Source: an uncultured Pseudobdellovibrionaceae bacterium
GTDB lineage: Bacteria; Bdellovibrionota; FAC87; UBA2466
Direction of reading: 5' to 3'
DNA: 32,000 nt
Assembly (NCBI GenBank): GCA_964396165.1
Contig: CAYNEF010000009.1
Location: forward strand, 52,354-84,353
The position numbers and the translations under genes were made by a program. Shown here piece by piece: positions 26,006 through 32,000 of the stretch. The notes under the pieces are model-generated. The model was not told the origin of the DNA, did not search any database, and saw only the letters and a list, made by a program, of their open reading frames with translations. How positions within the stretch are numbered: position 1 is the stretch's first letter; each line of letters starts with the position of its first letter.

Positions 26006-26714
26006 GGAGTTTGAACCGCTAGTTCCTCCTACAGTACGCTTAGAGGAAGTAAAATTCCCTGAGCCACCTGAGAAGGATTTAGAAAGTTCATTCTCGCTCC
26101 CGGCTGCCTTTTGGGAAGATCTATGGAAGGACCCTGTCCTTTCCGTGGAATTTGAAAAGTATATTGCCGATCGTGTGCACCAGCAGGTCAAAACAACGCT
26201 GGATAGCGAGAGAGAAAAATCCTACGCGCTTGGATTCCAAGAAGGCAAGACGGCTGGTTTTGAAGTGGGAAAACAAGAGGGGCTTGAAGCTGGTTATCAA
26301 GAAGTTAGAGCGGCGCAACCACTATTACAAAATATCGTTCAAGAAATAATTTCTGAAAAGGAAAGCTTGATAAGAGAGCATGAAAAGGAATGGGCTCAGG
26401 CGCTTGTGCACACAATACAAAAACTCCAGGTAAAAGAACCTGAATTATTCTCTAATGGAATAAAAAAATGGGTCAGCGATAGATTAATAGATTTTCCAAG
26501 TTATACAAAGCTCAGAATTTTCGTCTCAAAAGTGGATTATGAACGGATTGATTTGATTATAAAAAAAGAAGATGTCCAAAATTGCGAAATCATCGTTGAT
26601 ATTGGGCTCGAAAAGGGCCAGATCCGCTGTGATTGCGGTGAAGGGGGCGTTTTCTTCTCAAAATCAAATGGCTTTAAGATGTTGGACACTTACTTAGAGG
26701 AAAATTTTAATTAA
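25965..26714 (+). CDS. fliH: flagellar assembly protein FliH
   Basis: Positioned between fliG and fliI, with an acidic N-terminus and a central GFQEGKTAGFEVGKQEGLEAGYQE repeat typical of FliH. The TTG start at 25965 has GGAAGG 5 nt upstream and overlaps fliG by 41 nt. Confidence 0.75.
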   Translation: MSSALEQNQTWSPEEFEPLVPPTVRLEEVKFPEPPEKDLESSFSLPAAFWEDLWKDPVLSVEFEKYIADRVHQQVKTTLDSEREKSYALGFQEGKTAGFEVGKQEGLEAGYQEVRAAQPLLQNIVQEIISEKESLIREHEKEWAQALVHTIQKLQVKEPELFSNGIKKWVSDRLIDFPSYTKLRIFVSKVDYERIDLIIKKEDVQNCEIIVDIGLEKGQIRCDCGEGGVFFSKSNGFKMLDTYLEENFN

Positions 26715-26716
26715 AC

Positions 26717-28018
26717 ATGTCTCTTGAAAACTTTATAAATAAAATAGAGGCCGAAAGTTTCAGCCAATATTACGGTAGAGTACAGAGAGTACGGCATGAT
26801 TCCGTTCGCTTTTTTCTTCCCAATGTACGCGTGGGTGCGCTTTGTGAAGTAGAAACAAAAGAAGGACGCATTCCTGTAGAGATAGTCAGCCTCGATCCCG
26901 AGGGACACGTAGGGATGCCTTTAAACGAACTGGGAAGTGTGCGCTTGGGCGATAGAATCTATCTGACGGAAGAACAATCGGTCATCAATGTCGGTGACGA
27001 TCTTCTCGGCCGCGTAGTGGATTCCACCTGTAATTCGTACGATGGGGCAAAGTTGGTTTTAAAAGAACAGATTCCCCTCTATGGAAGCATGTTAAACCCC
27101 ATGGATCGTGCACTTATCCATGAACCCTTGGATGTAGGAGTACGCGCCGTGAACGCTTGTCTCACTACGGGTAAAGGACAACGACAGGGTGTGTTTGCAG
27201 GATCTGGTGTCGGAAAAAGCGTGCTGCTAGGAATGATGGCGCGCATGACAGAAGCCGATGTTGTAGTAATCGGATTAATTGGTGAGCGTGGCAGAGAAGT
27301 AAGAGAATTTATTGCGAAGGAACTCGGCGAAGCAGGACTTAAGAAAAGTGTTTTAGTAGTGGAGACTGCAGATAAGTCCGCAGTACGAAGAGTACGAGGT
27401 GCTTTTACTGCCACTGCGATTGCAGAATATTTTAGAAACAAAAAGAAAAACGTACTTTTGTTGATGGATTCCTTAACCCGTTTCGCAATGGCGCAAAGAG
27501 AAATTGGTATTGCCGCTGGAGAGCCGCCCACCACTAAAGGGTACACTCCTTCGGTATTTAGTCTTTTGTCAAAACTGGTAGAGCGCGCTGGAAATTGGGG
27601 AGAAAACGGTTCCATCACGGGTTTATATACCGTACTTGTTGAAGGGGATGATTTGGAAGATCCAGTAGCAGATGCCGCGCGTGCAATTTTAGACGGTCAC
27701 ATAGTACTCGCTCGCCGGTTAGCGAATCGTGGACATTATCCAGCGATAGATATTTTAACGAGCATTAGCCGTGTGATGGATCAGGTAATTTCCAAAGAGC
27801 ATAGAATTCAGGCACGAAAAATTAAAGAATTATCGGCGCGTTTTCAAGAAAATGAGGATGCTATCCATTATGGGATGTACCAACGAGGTACCGATCCTAT
27901 GATCGATGAGGCGATCGAAAAAGAACAAAAAATTATAAAACTTTTAAGACAAGGCAGAGATGATACTGCGAATTTCATGGATTCAGAAAATTCTCTCGCA
28001 GAAGTCTTTGGTAATTAA
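26717..28018 (+). CDS. fliI: flagellum-specific ATPase FliI
   Basis: Walker A GSGVGKS, Walker B LLLMDSLTR, and F1/T3SS ATPase-family conservation throughout. Confidence 0.95.
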   Translation: MSLENFINKIEAESFSQYYGRVQRVRHDSVRFFLPNVRVGALCEVETKEGRIPVEIVSLDPEGHVGMPLNELGSVRLGDRIYLTEEQSVINVGDDLLGRVVDSTCNSYDGAKLVLKEQIPLYGSMLNPMDRALIHEPLDVGVRAVNACLTTGKGQRQGVFAGSGVGKSVLLGMMARMTEADVVVIGLIGERGREVREFIAKELGEAGLKKSVLVVETADKSAVRRVRGAFTATAIAEYFRNKKKNVLLLMDSLTRFAMAQREIGIAAGEPPTTKGYTPSVFSLLSKLVERAGNWGENGSITGLYTVLVEGDDLEDPVADAARAILDGHIVLARRLANRGHYPAIDILTSISRVMDQVISKEHRIQARKIKELSARFQENEDAIHYGMYQRGTDPMIDEAIEKEQKIIKLLRQGRDDTANFMDSENSLAEVFGN

Positions 28019-28452
28019 TGAAATTTCAGTTCCGTCTGGAAAAAATGCTTCACTTCGTGCAGATGCGCGAAGACATGAAGAAAGCGGAAATAGCGCATCT
28101 ACAAAGTGACTTGAAGATCTTAAGTGAGAGAAAGTTGAAGCTATCAAATGATGCAAGAGACTTACTGGATAAACAATACCAGACTCTCGAGTTAGGTGTT
28201 CAGTCCTTGCATTACTCGACACAGAAAGTTCTTTTAAATATCAGGGAGTCCGAGCGTATCGATGGATTGATTATCAACGCCAAGGAACGGCTGGAATTCA
28301 GAATAAACGAATTGCAGAATCTGATGCGTAGAAGAACCGGGCTTGAGAAGCTGAAAGAAAAAAGATTCGCAGAATTTAAACTGGTCAAAAATCGCAAAGA
28401 GCAGCACGCGATGGATGAACTGTACACATTATCAAAAGGAAAAAGAACATGA
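28018..28452 (+). CDS. fliJ: flagellar export chaperone FliJ
   Basis: 144-aa all-coiled-coil protein immediately after fliI (TAATG overlap), in the conserved position. Confidence 0.72.
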   Translation: MKFQFRLEKMLHFVQMREDMKKAEIAHLQSDLKILSERKLKLSNDARDLLDKQYQTLELGVQSLHYSTQKVLLNIRESERIDGLIINAKERLEFRINELQNLMRRRTGLEKLKEKRFAEFKLVKNRKEQHAMDELYTLSKGKRT

Positions 28453-29081
28453 GATGGCACTATTGGGTTTCTGGATTGTTCTTGGGATTAACCATACTTG
28501 TGGTCGTATGGCTTTGTGTTGAGATGAATATCCTCGGCGCTACTAATGTTATTGCAGCCGATGGCGCACCTCCTGCCCAAGAAGCTGAGCAAGCGAACGA
28601 ATACAGCGCACGAGAACAGATTATCCAGCAAAAAGAACGCGGGCTTCAGGATCGAGAAGGCGTATTAAAAGAACACGCAGGCCAATATGAGAAATCGCTG
28701 GCTGAGCTGAATAGAAAATTTAAAGCCCAAGAGCAAACCAATAAACAAAAGCTGGATGCAAAAGAAGCTGAATACAAACAAAAACTCGTCACAAAAGACG
28801 AAGAAATAAAAAAACTTAAAAATGAATTGGCAAAAGTGAAAGACGCAAGAGCCGAATCTTTTAAAGCTATGTATGAGAAAATGGATTCTAAAAAAGCCGC
28901 AAAAGTACTTGAAGAAATGGATGTGAATCTTGCCAATCAAATTCTTACCGGAATGAAGCAGGATAAAGCCGCTGAAATTATGAGCAAGATGAGCACGGCA
29001 ACTGCAAAAGCCATCACTGAAAAAACTTTAGCTAAACGACAAGTAGCTTCTAAGGATTCTTCTAAAGAAGAAGGTCAATGA
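28449..29081 (+). CDS. flagellar operon protein with an MgtE-N-like domain (YlxF/FlbB-like)
   Basis: N-terminal TM helix, a coiled coil, then KAAKVLEEMDVNLANQILTGMKQDKAAEIMSKM (MgtE intracellular N-domain pattern). It occupies the same slot as ylxF in the Bacillus fla/che operon. Confidence 0.65.
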   Translation: MRWHYWVSGLFLGLTILVVVWLCVEMNILGATNVIAADGAPPAQEAEQANEYSAREQIIQQKERGLQDREGVLKEHAGQYEKSLAELNRKFKAQEQTNKQKLDAKEAEYKQKLVTKDEEIKKLKNELAKVKDARAESFKAMYEKMDSKKAAKVLEEMDVNLANQILTGMKQDKAAEIMSKMSTATAKAITEKTLAKRQVASKDSSKEEGQ

Positions 29082-29114
29082 AGTAAGAAGTGCAAATGAA
29101 GTAAACGAAAGGGG

Positions 29115-30422
29115 GTGAAATATGAAATGGTTAATCCTACAGCTATAAACACGCGTGCAATACAGCATTCGTCCATGCAAGGGATGTTGGGCAATGACGT
29201 TAACGCACCTGGGACAGGAGAAGGAGATTTTGATTTCCTTAACTACCTCTTGGGCCTCCAGGTCGCCCCAACGGATGTGGCCACTGATCTAAATGTCTTG
29301 TCTCTCAAATCGGGTGAACAAACCCAAACTCAGGATGAACCTGTTTTGTCTTTATTTGACAAAAAAGGTTCGGAACTCGTCAATCCAATGATTGTCGGGA
29401 CTCCGCAAATCACTGAAAACAAGACGGCAAAACCCATTGTAGTTCCAGGCAGTGAAATACTGACTGAGACTAAAACCGGGGATGTGAAAGAGGACCGCAG
29501 CACAGAAAAGACAACCTCTCTGTATGACTTTGAAAAAAGAATGTTGTTGGAGTCGAATGTTAAAACTTCCGAGCAACCTGAAGTTAAGGTAACTGAAGGG
29601 CCGAAACAGCAAAACGTTGAAGCTAGTACTGGTGACAAAAAAGACATCAATGCTGGTTACGACAAAGTGCAAAAAGCCGCTTTAGAAAATGCGAAGCAGT
29701 TGAAACAAGATTCCAATGCTACGACAAAATCCCAAGTGGATTTGTCGGATAACAAACAAAATATATCCAATGTGATTCACAATACTGCTTTCACAAAGGA
29801 AACGGTGGAATCCACTGGAACAGAAAAGAAACGCTCCAAGGATGATGAGATGGATATGTTCTCAGCGTCGATGGACGGTTCTGCACCTGTGCCCCAGGGG
29901 ATCCAAGCAGATTTAGGCGTAGATAAGCACAAGCCAACGCAAAAACCAGCGAGCGTACCTGAGATGTTTTCGAAGGTAGAATCGATGGTGCACAATGGCG
30001 GCGGTAAGATGACAATCACTTTGAATCCCCCTTCATTGGGTCATGTCGAAGTGCAAGTTACAACCAAAGGCAAGAACGTGGAGATTCAAATGAAGTCTTC
30101 CAATGATTTTGCCAAAGCTGCAATTGAAAGCCACGTGGCTGAGCTTAAATCGTCGATGCAATCTCAGGATTTAGTGCTGCAAAAACTGGATGTTCACGTG
30201 AATCATGATTTAGGAAGAAACTTTTCTGGTGCTGAGTTTTCTCAGAGCCAGCAAGGCGGAAATCCTTATCAACAGAATCAATCTGGATTCAGAGAATTCC
30301 AGGGCGGCGCAAGATCTTCATTCGGAAATTCCAATCACTCCCAAACTGTAGCCCCAGTTTCTCCTCGTCAAGAGTGGAAATCGGCAAGCATCGGAACGGG
30401 TAGAGTGGATATCCGAGTTTAA
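29115..30422 (+). CDS. fliK: flagellar hook-length control protein FliK
   Basis: Long, polar, poorly conserved N-terminal part, then a C-terminal Flg_hook domain ([34 protein letters not shown]...). The start could be the GTG at 29115 or the ATG at 29127. Confidence 0.8.
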   Translation: MKYEMVNPTAINTRAIQHSSMQGMLGNDVNAPGTGEGDFDFLNYLLGLQVAPTDVATDLNVLSLKSGEQTQTQDEPVLSLFDKKGSELVNPMIVGTPQITENKTAKPIVVPGSEILTETKTGDVKEDRSTEKTTSLYDFEKRMLLESNVKTSEQPEVKVTEGPKQQNVEASTGDKKDINAGYDKVQKAALENAKQLKQDSNATTKSQVDLSDNKQNISNVIHNTAFTKETVESTGTEKKRSKDDEMDMFSASMDGSAPVPQGIQADLGVDKHKPTQKPASVPEMFSKVESMVHNGGGKMTITLNPPSLGHVEVQVTTKGKNVEIQMKSSNDFAKAAIESHVAELKSSMQSQDLVLQKLDVHVNHDLGRNFSGAEFSQSQQGGNPYQQNQSGFREFQGGARSSFGNSNHSQTVAPVSPRQEWKSASIGTGRVDIRV

Positions 30423-30436
30423 ATAAAGGTGAAGCC

Positions 30437-31363
30437 ATGAAAGAAATCTCAGCAACGGTACCTCAACATCTGATGTTGGATGATAAGGCACCGCCAACGA
30501 AAGCAAAAAACAGTCTCGGCAAGGACGATTTTATGAAATTGCTGATGACTCAGCTCACTCACCAGGATCCTATGAAGCCGATGGATCACGAGCAATTTTC
30601 TGCTCAGTTAGCTCAATTTGGTTCTTTAGAGCAGCTGCAGAACATTGGAAAAGGGATCGAAGGCCTGAAGGGCGGGATCGGGGACGGAGCAAAACTTTCG
30701 GCGCTTACCTTGATTGGAAAAAAAGTCCAGACTATAGGGAATGAGGTTCAGCTTGTCGAAGGACAATCGGTTTCCTTAAAATATCAACCCAAAGATGGAC
30801 TCACACCAATCAAAGCATCAGTCTACGGCGAAAATGGAAGTAAACTCGTTCGAGAAATTTCCATCGACGCTCGTAAGGAGGGTGCTGAGATAGTATGGGA
30901 TGGCAAAGACACTGAAGGAAAAACATTACCAGCCGGTAACTACACGTTCAGAGTGCAAGGTACTGACAAGCAGGGACAGTCCGCAGAAATGGGAACTGAG
31001 CTCTCTGGACGTGTTACCGGTGTGGATATGGAAGGGGCAGATACCGTTCTTCTCGTTCAAACACCTAGTGGTTCGACAAGGGTAGACATGGCAAAAATAA
31101 GAAATGTAAGCGTGGATGACACGTCATCCGTGCCTGCAGCCGTACCCGCGACCGTTCCAAAAGTTGCAGCAAACGAAAAGAGTGATAAACTAAAAGTACC
31201 CATCCAGAAATCTATTCCTTCAGCAGTGGAAGAAAACGCAGAAGTTGTTGGAGCTAAGGAAGTTGAAGAAACCGGTGATGAGCCGGATCCTTTCAGCGAA
31301 CGTAGTGCAAGTAGAACATGGAATGGTGTACCGTCCCACTTTCTATCTAGATTAGGAGATTGA
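30437..31363 (+). CDS. flgD: flagellar hook capping/assembly protein FlgD
   Basis: [40 protein letters not shown], followed by a FlgD Ig-like domain ([11 protein letters not shown]) and an unusually long acidic, Pro/Val-rich C-terminal tail. Confidence 0.9.
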   Translation: MKEISATVPQHLMLDDKAPPTKAKNSLGKDDFMKLLMTQLTHQDPMKPMDHEQFSAQLAQFGSLEQLQNIGKGIEGLKGGIGDGAKLSALTLIGKKVQTIGNEVQLVEGQSVSLKYQPKDGLTPIKASVYGENGSKLVREISIDARKEGAEIVWDGKDTEGKTLPAGNYTFRVQGTDKQGQSAEMGTELSGRVTGVDMEGADTVLLVQTPSGSTRVDMAKIRNVSVDDTSSVPAAVPATVPKVAANEKSDKLKVPIQKSIPSAVEENAEVVGAKEVEETGDEPDPFSERSASRTWNGVPSHFLSRLGD

Positions 31364-31764
31364 ATCTTTTGAGTATCTCGGAAATATACAGAGGCATAGT
31401 AACAGTACCGGGTGTAGATCCGGCGCTGCCTACTGGTCAAAATGGAATTTCCAAGCCCGAAAAACAAAACGGGTCGTCGGAGTTCCACGAGATACTACAA
31501 AAAGAGTCGAGAGCTCTTAATTTATCACAACACGCTGAAACGAGAATCAAGTCGCGAGAAATTCCGTGGAATGATGCTCTAGAACAGAGAATCAGTAACG
31601 GAATCGATCAGGCAAACAGTAAGGGAAGTCGCGAAACGCTGATTATCGCCGATAATGTCGCGGTAATTGCCAACGTGAAGTCCCGTACAATTGTCACAGC
31701 GATGGATAAGTCTCAACTGAAAGAGCGCGTTTTCACCAATATCGACAGTGCAGTTCTAGTGTAA
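31360..31764 (+). CDS. small flagellar operon protein of unknown function (flgD-flgE intergenic family)
   Basis: The conserved-looking core [16 protein letters not shown]...[27 protein letters not shown] resembles the small protein encoded between flgD and flgE in Firmicute-type operons. The start could be the TTG at 31360 or the TTG at 31369 (AGGAG at 31354-31358). Confidence 0.55.
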   Translation: MNLLSISEIYRGIVTVPGVDPALPTGQNGISKPEKQNGSSEFHEILQKESRALNLSQHAETRIKSREIPWNDALEQRISNGIDQANSKGSRETLIIADNVAVIANVKSRTIVTAMDKSQLKERVFTNIDSAVLV

Positions 31765-31827
31765 GTAAAAACAATTTGTAATTACTAGTTTGATCTGAAG
31801 CTGACACTTCAGATTACGTCAATTAAC

Positions 31828-31865
31828 CCCAAAGCTGGCCCGTGGAAAACGGAGGCTTTGGTTTT
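31828..31865 (+). terminator. terminator-like or attenuator-like hairpin in the flgE leader
   Basis: CCAAAGC-TGGC-CCGT-GGAAA-ACGG-AG-GCTTTGG followed by TTTT. It sits between two other hairpins (31791-31816 and 31868-31890). Confidence 0.4.
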
Positions 31866-31907
31866 CAGGACTTTATTTCGCGTAGAGTCCGAACCAAGGA
31901 GAAAAAC

Positions 31908-32000
31908 ATGGGTGTAGTCTCGTCAATGGCAACGTCTATTTCTGGCCTGGAAACAAACGGCCAGGCATTAGCCGTAATCTCAGATAACATCGTAAACGCA
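31908..32000 (+). CDS. flgE: flagellar hook protein FlgE, 3'-truncated by the window edge
   Basis: AAGGAG lies 6 nt before the ATG. The N-terminus MGVVSSMATSISGLETNGQALAVISDNIVNA carries the flagellar rod/hook N-terminal motif, and the gene follows flgD. Confidence 0.75.
   Translation, partial: MGVVSSMATSISGLETNGQALAVISDNIVNA

Noticed and set aside
31835-31849. TGGCCCGTGGAAAAC before flgE, sharing TGGCCCG with the flgB sigma-54 promoter
   Set aside because: There is no GC at the -12 position, and the bases form part of the terminator-like hairpin stem.

Overview
This is a chromosomal window from a Gram-negative, moderately AT-rich bacterium. The gene content is reminiscent of Bdellovibrio-like or deltaproteobacterial lineages: an Mla/MCE lipid-transport operon, a beta-barrel porin, two sigma-54 activators, an HD-GYP protein, and a Bacillus/spirochaete-style flagellar gene order. 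That placement is an impression only and cannot be verified here.

Left third: carB (5' truncated by the window edge) and greA, a two-gene operon with a small cytochrome-c lipoprotein, recG, an SDR oxidoreductase, a secreted GATase1-like protein, a DAACS symporter and a porin.

Middle: a GAF/HD-GYP c-di-GMP phosphodiesterase, an orphan sigma-54 activator, a lipoprotein-mlaE-mlaF-mlaD operon on the minus strand, and a large TPR protein translationally coupled to a sigma-54 activator that has no sensory domain.

Right third: one long flagellar operon, flgB-flgC-fliE-fliF-fliG-fliH-fliI-fliJ-(MgtE_N protein)-fliK-flgD-(small ORF)-flgE (3' truncated), behind a well-spaced sigma-54 promoter.

I saw no rRNA, tRNA, CRISPR array, transposase, integrase or recognisable defence gene. 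The most unusual content is non-coding.

(1) A family of structured elements shares the ends GGGTGGC...GTGACAGGACCCG. Two 78-nt copies in inverted orientation bracket the HD-GYP gene, with identical flanks and loop but unrelated, internally complementary stems. A third, 178-nt member is closed by a 24-bp helix.

(2) Two hairpins each have a 35-bp stem, one after recG and one between fliE and fliF. Their stems are unrelated but their roughly 21-nt loops are homologous.

I could not assign either family to a known RNA or mobile-element class from the sequence alone.
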